Source of the DNA: a virus
Lineage: Duplodnaviria > Caudoviricetes
Reading direction: 5' to 3' (one strand)
Length of the DNA: 64,000 bases
Virus record (IMG/VR): IMGVR_UViG_2848385391_000003
In this document: one piece after another, positions 36,240 through 45,605 of the stretch
How positions within the stretch are numbered: the first letter of the stretch is position 1
How the letters are laid out: each line of letters opens with the position of its first letter
The notes under the pieces: model-generated
Databases searched by the model: none
The model's input: only the letters and a program-made list of their open reading frames with translations
Told to the model about the DNA's origin: nothing
Program-made: the position numbers and the translations under genes

Positions 36240-37040
36240 CCCCTTCGGGAAGGGACAGAGGTGCGTTGCTCTTAGCCATTTCTTTGAGCCGTTCTAATTC
36301 TTGGGTACCAATGGCTTTGCGGTCTTCAAGCGTCAGCGTTTCACCGCCCTCCAGTGCACACTTACCCGACCAGCAAGCGGCCAATGCTTCGTAGCCGCCT
36401 GTGCGCGCAACTTCTTCCAATCTTTCAATGAGGTGAATGTGCTGTTCAGTGCGTTGGGGGAGTAAGGCGGTGTTGGAGACAATCTCTGCTGGAGAGACAT
36501 AGCGCGATGCGCCCCCCTTTTCAACAGGACTATCCATCACCTCTTCCGCAATCGGCATTCCTCTTAGTACGTCAGGAAACACATCCCGCAGCGCAAAAGC
36601 ACGGGCTCGCATTTGCATCATGCGCTGCGGGTAATGCGTCCAAGGACCTATCTTGCTCAATAGCCCTGCTTGCTTGGCATCCGCTTCCGAAAAACTCCGC
36701 ATTTGCTCAGCTTCGCCGACCCGCTTAACACGGCAAGTTGCTACCTGATTGGAAAATGACTCATTGACGTATTCGCACAGTGGAGACGCGCGCACGAGTG
36801 CAATCACGGCGTCCCCCATAGCGAGGGCCTGCCGTTAATCACCGCGATATTTTGCATCGCTTGCATCGGCTTTAAGCCAAGCTCCATGCCCCATTGAATC
36901 GCCACCAGAATATTACCGGGCTTGCCGATAAATTCCTTTGGCACAATCGAAGAGCTCGCCATCAACTCAGCAAATTTCATCACCTCATCTAGAGATCTCG
37001 GCGTGAGATCGAAAGTCTGTTTTTCGACTAATGCGCTCAT
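36226..37040 (-). pseudogene. RecT-like single-strand annealing protein split by a 1-nt frameshift
   Basis: GMELGL.PMQA.QNIAVINGRPSLWG | DAVIALV ... PW..YP.RM...RA...ALRDVFPD.L.G; break at a G5 run (36813-36817). Confidence 0.8.
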
Positions 37041-37074
37041 AGCTTTCTCCAATTGAATGTGGGAATCGGCGTGC

Positions 37075-37227
37075 TCATACATAACTCCAATTGATGAAGA
37101 TAACGAGGGTGCCAGTCAAAAAGGCGGCTATAGCCGCAAGGGTTGTGCTGGCTTTGATTAGAACTTCGATGCGATTTGCCCATATCGCCGCGCGTAGTAA
37201 CGCGTTGTCGTTTTCAAAACGTTTCAT
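37075..37227 (-). CDS. Small membrane protein (50 aa), not in the ORF track
   Basis: AAGGAG RBS; MKRFENDNALLRAAIWANRIEVLIKASTTLAAIAAFLTGTLVIFINWSYV; ATGA overlap with upstream gene. Confidence 0.55.
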   Translation of the reverse strand: MKRFENDNALLRAAIWANRIEVLIKASTTLAAIAAFLTGTLVIFINWSYV

Positions 37228-37532
37228 GCGATACTCCTTCTCTGATACGCCCATTCTTCCGCCCTTTGCAGAGCCTTGCTTGTCTGCGCTTGCAAAAGGC
37301 GCTCGTAGGTTTCAGCAAGCAAATTCGTAGGGTGAGCCTGAGCAGCATCACGTAGCGCTTGTTTTTTGACCAAATCTGGCAGGTCCACCATGGCTTCTAG
37401 TAGATCGTCGAAAGTCATGTTTTCTTCTACTTCGTCAGTAAGCGAGCAGTAAGCCTCATCGGCAGCTTCTGACCGAGCCTGCAACCAGTCGTAGTGTGCT
37501 TCGACCTTATGCATCAGTTCGTTCACGTTCAT
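37224..37532 (-). CDS. Phage hypothetical protein
   Basis: Operon context, ATGA overlaps at both ends. Confidence 0.6.
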   Translation of the reverse strand: MNVNELMHKVEAHYDWLQARSEAADEAYCSLTDEVEENMTFDDLLEAMVDLPDLVKKQALRDAAQAHPTNLLAETYERLLQAQTSKALQRAEEWAYQRRSIA

Positions 37533-38305
37533 GCCACGCTCCATGGGTCGTATTCGCCCTCGTTTGCAGCTTTTCTGGTATCACCATCACAAAGAAAATC
37601 TTGTGCTAGAATTTGGAGACAGGAGGTATTTACCATGGGTGCAGTTGCATTCGATACATTGCAGTTTGTTGAAACGCTTAAAGATGCTGGCGTGCCAGAG
37701 GCGCAGGCGAAAGCTTTTTCTATCGCCGTAAGAAACTCACACGAGACAGCAGAATTAGCGACCAAAGCTGATCTGCGAGAATATGAATCTACTGTAAGAA
37801 ATGATTTAGAAAAACTCGAAACAAGTTTTCGCCATGATTTAAGTGATCTACGTAAAGATATAGATACCAAGCACGGAGCATTACGCCATGAGATAAGCGA
37901 TTTGCGAAAAGATATGGAGGCTCGATTTATCGTTATAGGTGCTGAAATGTCTGCGCTGAAATGGATACTGGGCTTTGTCGCTGCCGGTATCTTCGCGCTC
38001 GTTGGCAAAGCCTTCTTTTGATTACCTTCTGAGTCAGCTCTTTCGCTAATGTTCGCCTGAATATCAGCCGCTTTAACTCCAAATATGACTACACCTGCTG
38101 CTCTTGGCCTTGTAATGATGACCATAGGCATGTGGTTTATAGGCCAATATTTGAGCAAAAAAGACTTTAATAAATTTTGCCTGTCTGTTCTTGCCGTATT
38201 GATCGGTAATTGTCTGTTCAACCTTTTTTCAGGTTGAATGAAGGCGAATTTATTTTCCATAGCGCTCTGGCATACAGCAATCACATCGATGGTTTCATCA
38301 TTCAT
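37529..38305 (-). CDS. Hypothetical 258-aa ORF enclosing an antisense DUF1640-like gene
   Basis: AAGGAG RBS; ATGA coupling to the antirepressor stop and to the next gene start. Confidence 0.4.
   Translation of the reverse strand: MNDETIDVIAVCQSAMENKFAFIQPEKRLNRQLPINTARTDRQNLLKSFLLKYWPINHMPMVIITRPRAAGVVIFGVKAADIQANISERADSEGNQKKALPTSAKIPAATKPSIHFSADISAPITINRASISFRKSLISWRNAPCLVSISLRRSLKSWRKLVSSFSKSFLTVDSYSRRSALVANSAVSCEFLTAIEKAFACASGTPASLSVSTNCNVSNATAPMVNTSCLQILAQDFLCDGDTRKAANEGEYDPWSVA
37635..38021 (+). CDS. DUF1640/CCDC90-like coiled-coil membrane-anchored protein
   Basis: FDTL.FVETLK.AG..E.QA.A, LATKADL, heptads, C-terminal TM; AGGAGG RBS. Confidence 0.85.
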   Translation: MGAVAFDTLQFVETLKDAGVPEAQAKAFSIAVRNSHETAELATKADLREYESTVRNDLEKLETSFRHDLSDLRKDIDTKHGALRHEISDLRKDMEARFIVIGAEMSALKWILGFVAAGIFALVGKAFF

Positions 38306-39123
38306 GCTATCGCTCCTTGAGCAAACTGCTTTTGAATCCACGTCAACCCTTTTCCAGTAATCAGGGTGCGCGCATAGATATGGTTTTCGCCTCTCGGGTC
38401 TTCATACTGCCGCTCAATCACGCGAAAGCGCCCTGCCTCAATCTGTTCTTGATACGGTAAATTGTTCTTCATCAATAAACGGCGCTCACGCAACCAGGAA
38501 AAAAGCCTTTTAGGCCCTGTACCAATGACTTTGGCCACTTCTTGCACCGTTTGAGCATTGATCGCTTTTCCAACGTGGTCATAAAAATCCGCTTTAGGTT
38601 TTAATTCTTCCACTTGGCTTCGCAGCGTCCCGACCTCTTCGGTATACGCCAGCAATATCGTTCGCAGATATTTGGGATCATTAAGAAAACTGTGTAAATC
38701 TATTGCAGGTGAATGAGTGCGGCGCTCGCATTCAATAAAATATTCCCTGGCCTGCTTGCCTTTTTCATTGCGCTCGACCATCGATAATTCTTTCGCCATA
38801 TCGAGAGTCAAAGCATATTCTTTAGCGGGGCGACCTCCGGCAAGGTTTTCCCCAAAGTTGGTGAAAAGTACAAAGTCCTGATCCTCAATAAAACCGTATT
38901 GCGCGATACGATCTTTAATCCAAGTCGAAAAGTCTTTTCCGATTCCTAAAAATGCGTGCAGGTCACGTGCATTAACGGTTGGCGCAGAACTGCCCTTCAA
39001 CTTCGTAGGCGTAATAGCTATCAGCCTTTCCGTTGCATCAATTTCTTGCTGAGGAATGGCCACAAAACTATTCGGGTTTCCTGGAGAGATAGAATAAATG
39101 TGGGTGTTGGCTACTTGGCTCAT
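38302..39123 (-). CDS. Antirepressor (AntA/AntB N-terminal plus KilAC C-terminal domains)
   Basis: VNARDLH.FL...DFSTWIK.RI, LDMAKEL.MVERN.KG..AR.YFI, PKADFYD, TGKG..W. Confidence 0.9.
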   Translation of the reverse strand: MSQVANTHIYSISPGNPNSFVAIPQQEIDATERLIAITPTKLKGSSAPTVNARDLHAFLGIGKDFSTWIKDRIAQYGFIEDQDFVLFTNFGENLAGGRPAKEYALTLDMAKELSMVERNEKGKQAREYFIECERRTHSPAIDLHSFLNDPKYLRTILLAYTEEVGTLRSQVEELKPKADFYDHVGKAINAQTVQEVAKVIGTGPKRLFSWLRERRLLMKNNLPYQEQIEAGRFRVIERQYEDPRGENHIYARTLITGKGLTWIQKQFAQGAIA

Positions 39124-39153
39124 CTGTCGTTGTTTATTTATGACGATGACCAT

Positions 39154-39195
39154 ATTTTACCCACAGGTAAATTAATGTCAATACCCGCAGGTAAA
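39154..39195 (-). promoter_or_regulatory. PL-like promoter with two operators
   Basis: TTGACA (39181-39176), 16 bp, TAAAAT (39159-39154); operators TTTACCCACAGGTAAA 39156-39171 and AATACCCGCAGGTAAA 39180-39195. Confidence 0.75.
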
Positions 39196-39360
39196 AATAT
39201 TTATGCGTTAGAAGGTTACCTCTGTGTTATTTTTAGCGCTAAGGTAACGATTACAGGCGTTGTATGTGCCTTTTTATAGGCCGTGTGTATAGCGGAAGGG
39301 CGCGGCTTATGAAGTCCCCCCTCTTTTGTTTTGAGAGCTATTGTTAGCTTGCTATCACAA

Positions 39361-39780
39361 TTACTTATTTTTTTTGCTAGTAGGTATATATTGGAGTAGC
39401 GTAAGTTTAACAGCACCTAACACCATCATTCTACCGTTATTATCTGTGGCTTCCATTAATCGGATCACCTCTTGTATTACCGGATTTGAGTGATGCTCTG
39501 TTTTAGGAGAATTCTCAGCTACTTTCTGGGCTGCTGCCATTGGTTTAGAAGGTTCAGACATAAGATCAAGCCACCCTTGCGGCAGCCCAAAAGCAACCTC
39601 AATGACCTCGATCATTTCATCAGCTATACGTTTTTTCCCTCGTTTACCTTCTGGATAAAGCATCCGCGCCACATAGGATGCGTCTCGCTCGATTCTACGA
39701 GCTAGTTCCGCGGCATTCCCACCGCATTTAGTGTCTCGTAACTCAATCAAGCGTTGACGCCTGCGTTCATATTTATCCAT
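39361..39780 (-). CDS. CI-like repressor (HTH, no S24 peptidase domain)
   Basis: AELARRI....SYV.RML...K.I...IE.AFGLP.GWLD; divergent from cro; 139 aa. Confidence 0.8.
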   Translation of the reverse strand: MDKYERRRQRLIELRDTKCGGNAAELARRIERDASYVARMLYPEGKRGKKRIADEMIEVIEVAFGLPQGWLDLMSEPSKPMAAAQKVAENSPKTEHHSNPVIQEVIRLMEATDNNGRMMVLGAVKLTLLQYIPTSKKNK

Positions 39781-39799
39781 TTCTCTAGTATGTGTAACC

Positions 39800-39858
39800 T
39801 TTACCGCTCGGTAAATACCCTATAGGTATTGACAAATATATTTACCCCGGGGTAAATT
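39800..39858 (+). promoter_or_regulatory. PR-like promoter with operators
   Basis: TTTACCGCTCGGTAAA 39800-39815, AATACCCTATAGGTATT 39814-39830, TTTACCCCGGGGTAAA 39841-39856; TTGACA (39829), 18 bp, TAAATT. Confidence 0.75.
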
Positions 39859-39900
39859 ATTATTACCGATACCCAACATCTACGTATTTCAAAAATTGGC

Positions 39901-40197
39901 ATGAGCAAACTACGCACCTATATAAATAGCCTATCTACTGCCAAGCAAATTGAATTCGCAACAGCTTGCAATACCACAATGGGTTATATACGCAAGGCGA
40001 TCAGCATCCAACAAAAAATGGGGGCTGAGCTTTGTGCATCAATCGAAAGGGCTACTAATGGAAAAATCACGCGCCGCGATTTACGTCCCGATGACTGGAT
40101 GCTTATTTGGCCAGAACTAACAAACCAGCCGTCACAGTCCGGGCAAAGCACGCCTTCTTTTCTCGCGCCAAATCAAGAAATGCCTAAATGTATTTAA
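39901..40197 (+). CDS. Cro/YdaS-like transcriptional regulator
   Basis: IERAT.G.ITRRDLRPDDW..IWPEL motif. Confidence 0.85.
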   Translation: MSKLRTYINSLSTAKQIEFATACNTTMGYIRKAISIQQKMGAELCASIERATNGKITRRDLRPDDWMLIWPELTNQPSQSGQSTPSFLAPNQEMPKCI

Positions 40198-40251
40198 AAA
40201 AAACCATAACCGAATGGGCTTGCGATTTCTGCAACGCGCAGAGAAAAGCCG

Positions 40252-40497
40252 TTATACCGGCCTCCAAAACTTCTGAGGATCATTCGCAAACCAAAACTCT
40301 TCAAGCAGCTTGGATGTATGCCGAAAAAACTGCTCTTGAATGGCTTCCAAGGTTTTGCCGTGAACAGGGAGCAAGACCTCTGCCGAGATTCTTTCTCGGA
40401 TTCCAGAATTCATACGTTCAAAAGCTGCCTTGGCAAGGACCCTATTATTTTGCGGCTCTAAAACTAATGAGCCAAGCTTAATTTCATTTTCAGTCAT
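40252..40497 (-). CDS. Hypothetical protein (competes with + ORF 40188-40481)
   Basis: Plausible composition and RBS only; strand not resolved. Confidence 0.3.
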   Translation of the reverse strand: MTENEIKLGSLVLEPQNNRVLAKAAFERMNSGIRERISAEVLLPVHGKTLEAIQEQFFRHTSKLLEEFWFANDPQKFWRPV

Positions 40498-40523
40498 ATC
40501 TACTCTTATAGTGAGTTAGAGAA

Positions 40524-40727
40524 GTGTTCAATCAAAAACGCGAAAAATGCACAGAAGAAATAAAGCTGCACTTGGGCGAAAAGCTCAAGACAGATCTAAA
40601 AGAGTTAGCTGCACTCAAAGGCCACGATTCGTTAAGCCCGTTCATCCGTCAGATTCTTCGTGAATTCATATACGGCAAGCTTAGTCCGCATCGGGATTTA
40701 TTGGCAGGGACCGTTCGGGACGAATAA
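40524..40727 (+). CDS. CII-position small regulator (ribbon-helix-helix-like)
   Basis: EIKLHL...L..DLKELA......LSPFIR.IL; position after cro. Confidence 0.55.
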   Translation: MFNQKREKCTEEIKLHLGEKLKTDLKELAALKGHDSLSPFIRQILREFIYGKLSPHRDLLAGTVRDE

Positions 40728-40783
40728 GGCCTCAGATCAAGAGATTGAACAGTAATAGATATTAGATAAGGGAAAACTTAAAG

Positions 40784-41641
40784 ATGAAGCGACCTGCCTT
40801 CCAATTCTACCCCGCCGACTGGCGTAAAGACTCTGCCCTACAAAGCTGCTCAGTAGCTGCTCGCGGCTTATGGATTGAGATGCTCTGCATCATGCATGAA
40901 TGCGAGCCATACGGGCAGCTTGCGATTAACGGCAAAGCGATGAGTGCCACTCAGCTTGCCCGATTGATTGGTGAAACTGAGAAAGTAGTTAAAGGGCTGC
41001 TCGCCGAACTCGAGAATGCAGGGGTGTTTTCATGTACAGAACAAGGGGGGATTTACTCACGCAGAATGGTTAACGATGAACGGCTCCGCAATATCCGCGC
41101 TGAAGGCGGCAAGGGGGGTAAAGAATATGGACAATTGGGCGCTGAACATGGATGCAAGGGGGGGAGGCCGAAGAAGGATAAGGGGGGTTATGAAACAAAA
41201 CCTAAAACCCCCCTTACCGATGAAAAATATCCCTCCCCTTCATCTTCTTCTTCATCTTCACCTTCTTCTTCAAAACCTAAAGGGGATAAATCCCCTTCAA
41301 CCCCTGGCGAGCGCGATGCGCCCGCTGTGACCTTGCCGAACTGGCTGGCTTTGGCCGATTGGGAAGCTTTCGTGAAGCATCGAAAGCGCTTGAAAGCGCC
41401 TATGAGCGATGAGGCTCAAGTTCGGGCGATTGCTCAGCTTTCTCGGCTTCGGGACGACGGTCACGACCCCTCCGCTGTGATCGATCAAAGCATCGTGAGC
41501 AGCTGGAAGGGGCTGTTTGGGCTTAATCGCCGTGGCTTACCAAAGCTCAGCAAACAGGCTGAGTTGGAGGCCAGAAATGCCGAAGCGGGGCGTCAAGCCA
41601 AGGCACTCATTTTCGGGGAAGAAGTTTATGAAATCCTGTGA
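40784..41641 (+). CDS. Phage replication initiator protein
   Basis: PAFQFYPADW..D N-terminus, SRRMV.D, Ser linker, W..F..HRK...W.GLF C-terminal domain. Confidence 0.8.
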   Translation: MKRPAFQFYPADWRKDSALQSCSVAARGLWIEMLCIMHECEPYGQLAINGKAMSATQLARLIGETEKVVKGLLAELENAGVFSCTEQGGIYSRRMVNDERLRNIRAEGGKGGKEYGQLGAEHGCKGGRPKKDKGGYETKPKTPLTDEKYPSPSSSSSSSPSSSKPKGDKSPSTPGERDAPAVTLPNWLALADWEAFVKHRKRLKAPMSDEAQVRAIAQLSRLRDDGHDPSAVIDQSIVSSWKGLFGLNRRGLPKLSKQAELEARNAEAGRQAKALIFGEEVYEIL

Positions 41642-42281
41642 CTTCAACGCATTCGATGGATTGCTGCAAGCCGTCGCAGCCATGTACGGACGTGACTTGA
41701 CTTCTGGAGTCATTGCGCTCTACTGGCAAGGCTTGCAAGCCTATGACCTCGCCGCTGTACGCGAAGCGCTCAACCGGCATGTGAACAACCCCGATACGGG
41801 CCAGTTCATGCCCAAGATCGCCGATGTGCACAAAATGCTGCAAGGCTCTACGCAAGATGCTGCGTTGACTGCTTGGAGCAAAGTGGATCGAACCATGCGT
41901 GAAAAAGGTCCTTACCCAAGTATTGTTTTCGACGACCCGCTTATTCATCGCGTGCTTTCCGAAATGGGCGGCTGGGTGCAACTCAGCACAAAGCATGAAG
42001 ATGACTGGCCGTTTATACGCAACGAATTTGTGAACCGTTACCGTGGATACCGGGTGCGCAGCGAAGTGCCTGACTATCCACCCGTGTTGATTGGTATCGC
42101 AGAAATGACAAATCAGCAACTTGGGTTTGAAGTTGTCCCACCGTTGCTCGTCGGCAATGCTGCCATGGCGCAGCGAGTCATGCGCCAAGGAACCGATCAA
42201 CCGCTGCTTGAATTCACACTGCTAAACGTAAAAAATTTACCCGTGCTTTTGCAAAACGAAGCTCAACAAATCGCCGCTTAA
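41628..42281 (+). CDS. Replication accessory protein (DUF6475-like)
   Basis: FMPKIAD, AW.KV, FDDPLIH.V...GGW motifs; follows the initiator. Confidence 0.7.
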   Translation: MKSCDFNAFDGLLQAVAAMYGRDLTSGVIALYWQGLQAYDLAAVREALNRHVNNPDTGQFMPKIADVHKMLQGSTQDAALTAWSKVDRTMREKGPYPSIVFDDPLIHRVLSEMGGWVQLSTKHEDDWPFIRNEFVNRYRGYRVRSEVPDYPPVLIGIAEMTNQQLGFEVVPPLLVGNAAMAQRVMRQGTDQPLLEFTLLNVKNLPVLLQNEAQQIAA

Positions 42282-42304
42282 TCTTTTTCATTTCAAACAA
42301 ACAA

Positions 42305-42727
42305 ATGCTCAACATAATCGCCTTCACGATCCCAGGCCAGCCCATTGCCAAAGGCCGTGCTCGTTCGTGTATCCGTAACGGCCACATCGCGCACTACACT
42401 CCAGAAAAAACGGCACGATATGAAAACCTCGTAAAGCTTGCCGCACAGCAAGCGATGAACGGACAAAGCCCAATCGAATCTGCCATAGCGCTGATTGTGC
42501 GAGCATTCCTACCGATTCCAGCCAGTTGGAGCCTTAAAAAGCAGCGAGCGGCAGCAATCGGCGAATTCATGCCTACCAAACGCCCAGACCTGGATAACAT
42601 CGTCAAAGCGGTTAAGGACGGCGCGAACGGCGTCACTTGGAAAGATGATTCACAAGTCATCGACGTACACGCCAGCAAGCGATACGGTACGCCTCGTGTT
42701 GAAGTCGAGGTGAGGATCAGCGAATGA
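42305..42727 (+). CDS. rusA: RusA-family Holliday junction resolvase
   Basis: G.P..KGR.R, KRPDLDNIVKAVKD, W.DDSQV. Confidence 0.92.
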   Translation: MLNIIAFTIPGQPIAKGRARSCIRNGHIAHYTPEKTARYENLVKLAAQQAMNGQSPIESAIALIVRAFLPIPASWSLKKQRAAAIGEFMPTKRPDLDNIVKAVKDGANGVTWKDDSQVIDVHASKRYGTPRVEVEVRISE

Positions 42728-43125
42728 AGCAAAGTACAGGTTCATGGCGGCTTATTCCCGAGTGGGTGGAGTATGAAATACAAAATTGGGTTCGCTGGTG
42801 CTGGTCTGGACCCTGGCCGCATCCTCTGCCGCCTACGCAGTGCGCTTCGGCTGAACGGTACTATCGTGCGCCCAGTGATCTAGGCGAGGCCGAAACATCT
42901 TTGCCTCCACCCTACATCCCGAATGCCGAGATTGTGCAACGGGCTTATGTTGCGATGATGAAACAAGAGCAACACGTGATAAAAGCAGAATATATTCAGC
43001 CTTGGGAATCCGGCCGTGCTCACTATGGCAGGGTCGGAGCCGCACGACGCCTCCAAATGTCGCTGACTACTTATGAGACTATTTTACGTAGCGGATGCTT
43101 TCGCATCGAAAAGGCTTTTGGATGA
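42724..43125 (+). CDS. Putative late antiterminator (Q-like)
   Basis: NW.RW N-terminus, C-terminal HTH-like AARRL.MS; lies between rusA and the late operon. Confidence 0.55.
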   Translation: MKQSTGSWRLIPEWVEYEIQNWVRWCWSGPWPHPLPPTQCASAERYYRAPSDLGEAETSLPPPYIPNAEIVQRAYVAMMKQEQHVIKAEYIQPWESGRAHYGRVGAARRLQMSLTTYETILRSGCFRIEKAFG

Positions 43126-43361
43126 AATATGCGCGGGAGATTATCGAGCTTATGAGTGCCTATCCTGAACGGAATTTCAAAATGATTGAAATCGTGCGGC
43201 ACGCTAATCCGAATCTGAAAAGTAAGAAAGAGCGCTGCGCTACCCATCGAGGGGTATTACGCGTTTTAGATATGCTCACCGAGATGGGAACAATATTTAA
43301 AATACCTTCGCGGGCAGGCAACGGAGGCTATACGCTTTATCGATGGAAAACCACGACATGA
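43122..43361 (+). CDS. Small basic winged-HTH-like protein
   Basis: MKYAREIIELM.AYP...V.RVL..L...G; ATGA overlap; ends on the first late-promoter repeat. Confidence 0.6.
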   Translation: MKYAREIIELMSAYPERNFKMIEIVRHANPNLKSKKERCATHRGVLRVLDMLTEMGTIFKIPSRAGNGGYTLYRWKTTT

Positions 43362-43425
43362 ACTTTTGCAAACCACGACAAAAACCACGACAATGGCGGT
43401 GGGAAAAACCGCCCTTAAGATTCAG
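43348..43425 (+). promoter_or_regulatory. Putative late promoter with triple direct repeat AAACCACGACA
   Basis: Repeats start at 43348, 43370, 43382; TAAGAT at 43416. Confidence 0.6.
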
Positions 43426-43477
43426 ACGCTCTTTTGAGCATTTTTTACGGGATGTTTTCCCCCTCATTTTCAGCCTC

Positions 43478-43503
43478 AGGCAGCCTAGACGCTGCCTTTT
43501 TTT
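43478..43503 (+). terminator. Intrinsic terminator upstream of terS
   Basis: AGGCAGC-CTAGAC-GCTGCCT plus T run. Confidence 0.7.
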
Positions 43504-43528
43504 ATGCCTGTTCGCTTTTACCTTAACG

Positions 43529-43999
43529 ATGGCTCGGCCCAGCAAATACACGATTGCTCTAGCGACTAAGATTTGTGAGCGCTTGATGGTCGGCCAAAGT
43601 TTGCGCTCTATTTGCGCCGCTAAAGAGATGCCAGATCAAGTCACCATCTATCGGTGGCTGAATCAATCCGAACCATTTCGCAAGCAATACACGCGCGCAC
43701 GCGAAGTTCAAGCGGACACGTTGGCCGATGAGATTTTGGATATTGCCGATGACTCTGCTCAGGATATGCAAGTCGACGAGCAAGGCAATGAACGCGTGCG
43801 CCACGAAGCCGTACAACGTTCTAAACTCCGCGTCGATGCGCGTAAATGGCTCGCTGGGCAATTAGCTCCCAAGAAGTACGGCGACCGCATCCAGCAGAAT
43901 ATCAGCGGCACACATGATGGCCCGATTGAACAAAGAGTTACCATCGTCGATGAAGCCCAAGTCAAAGCCACCGTCGCCCACCTTGAGGAAAGCTATTGA
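43529..43999 (+). CDS. Terminase small subunit
   Basis: Homologue of 275-745. Confidence 0.9.
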   Translation: MARPSKYTIALATKICERLMVGQSLRSICAAKEMPDQVTIYRWLNQSEPFRKQYTRAREVQADTLADEILDIADDSAQDMQVDEQGNERVRHEAVQRSKLRVDARKWLAGQLAPKKYGDRIQQNISGTHDGPIEQRVTIVDEAQVKATVAHLEESY

Positions 44000-45485
44000 T
44001 CCTGAGGTACTTCGAGCGGTGGCTAAGGCCAAGTGCGAGCACAGTCACCTATTTTTTACTCGGTATTTCTTTAAACACCGCCAAGGCATCCCGTTTCATC
44101 TAAATTGGCACCATGCATTGATTGCCGATACGGTGCAGAAAGTAATTGATGGTGAGTTGAAGAATGTCGTGATTAATGTGCCGCCAGGCTCGTCCAAGAC
44201 TGAGTTAGTCGCCATTAATTTGATTGCACGGGGCTTAGCCTTAAATCCTCGAGCACGCTTTCTGCATATTTCGTATTCGGACGATCTAGCCTTACTCAAT
44301 TCTGAGATGGCGCGAGAGATCATCCGTAGTGAGGAATATCAAGCGCTGTGGCCGCTCGCGATTGCTCAGGATGCAAAGAGTAAAAAGCGCTGGAATGTGC
44401 TGCTCGATGGTAAGAAAGCTGGGGGCGTCTACGCGGTCTCATTGGGCGGTCAGATTACCGGTTTTAGAGCCGGCCACATGGCGCCAGGCTGGCAAGGCGC
44501 GCTCATCATTGATGACCCGCTTAAAGTCGAAGATGCCTATAGCAAAGCCGCCCGTGACAAAGCAAATCGTAAACTGGTCTCGACTGTTAAAAGCCGTAAA
44601 GCCCAGCCGGATACACCGATTGTTGTCATCATGCAGCGTTTGGCCCAGGAAGATCCCACGGGCTTTATCCAAATAGGCAAAGTGCCTGGCGACTGGACCT
44701 TCGTTTCGATTCCAGCTTTGTTAGATGATGCGTATGTGGCCGCCCTACCCTCTGGCTATCGAGACAAGATAGACGCCTCACAACGGGACAAACACGGGCG
44801 CTTTAGCTACTGGCCCTATAAAGAACCGCTCAACGATTTATGCGCGTTGGAGCAAGCGGACCGCTATGTGTTTACTAGCCAGTACCAGCAGCAGCCTAGA
44901 GCACTGGGCGGGGATTTAATCAAAAGTGAATGGTTTTCATATTACGAAACACCGCCCCGCATTCGCTTACGTAAGGTGTATGCGGATACCGCGCAAAAGA
45001 CCGCTGAGCACAACGATTACAGCGTGTTTCAGCTGTGGGGCTTAGGGGAAGATAACCGGCTGTACTTACTCGATTTAATCCGCGGTAAGTGGCCGGCGCC
45101 CGAACTCAAGCGTCGTGCGATTGCCTTTTGGAATAGTCATAAACCCTATGACCATAAGACCAGCTCACCCTTAGCGCAACTGCTGGTTGAGGATAAATCC
45201 TCAGGCACAGGGCTAATTCAAGATATTCAGGAAGACGGGCGTATCCCCGTTAAAGGCATTCCTCGTGGCACCGATAAGCTTACCCGCATCATGGGCGTGC
45301 TGGCTTACATTGAGTCAGGGCGGATTACGCTACCTAAAAACGCGCCTTGGGTGAAAGATTTTATTGCCGAATGCGAGGCCTTCACGGCCAATAACACCCA
45401 CGCACACGATGACCAGATTGATCCCATGATTGATGCGATTACCGATTGTTTAGCGAAAAGCTCGGATTGGTCGGGATGGACTTAG
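43950..45485 (+). CDS. Terminase large subunit
   Basis: Near-identical to 696-2231. Confidence 0.93.
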   Translation: MKPKSKPPSPTLRKAIDPEVLRAVAKAKCEHSHLFFTRYFFKHRQGIPFHLNWHHALIADTVQKVIDGELKNVVINVPPGSSKTELVAINLIARGLALNPRARFLHISYSDDLALLNSEMAREIIRSEEYQALWPLAIAQDAKSKKRWNVLLDGKKAGGVYAVSLGGQITGFRAGHMAPGWQGALIIDDPLKVEDAYSKAARDKANRKLVSTVKSRKAQPDTPIVVIMQRLAQEDPTGFIQIGKVPGDWTFVSIPALLDDAYVAALPSGYRDKIDASQRDKHGRFSYWPYKEPLNDLCALEQADRYVFTSQYQQQPRALGGDLIKSEWFSYYETPPRIRLRKVYADTAQKTAEHNDYSVFQLWGLGEDNRLYLLDLIRGKWPAPELKRRAIAFWNSHKPYDHKTSSPLAQLLVEDKSSGTGLIQDIQEDGRIPVKGIPRGTDKLTRIMGVLAYIESGRITLPKNAPWVKDFIAECEAFTANNTHAHDDQIDPMIDAITDCLAKSSDWSGWT

Positions 45486-45500
45486 AGGGAAGTTTAGGAA

Positions 45501-45566
45501 GGTGGGCGCTCAGTATCCCTAGCGGGCCACTGGAGATTAATCCAATGAAGGGAGTACCAAACGCCC
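45501..45566 (-). ncRNA. Candidate antisense small structured RNA (copy B)
   Basis: TAAAAT (45579-45574) 7 nt before GGGCGUUUGGUACUCCCU, which pairs with AGGGAUACUGAGCGCCC; inner hairpin CAUUGGA/UCCAGUG. Confidence 0.55.
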
Positions 45567-45605
45567 GATTCTTATTTTACCCGAATTCACTGTTTAGGTT
45601 AAATT

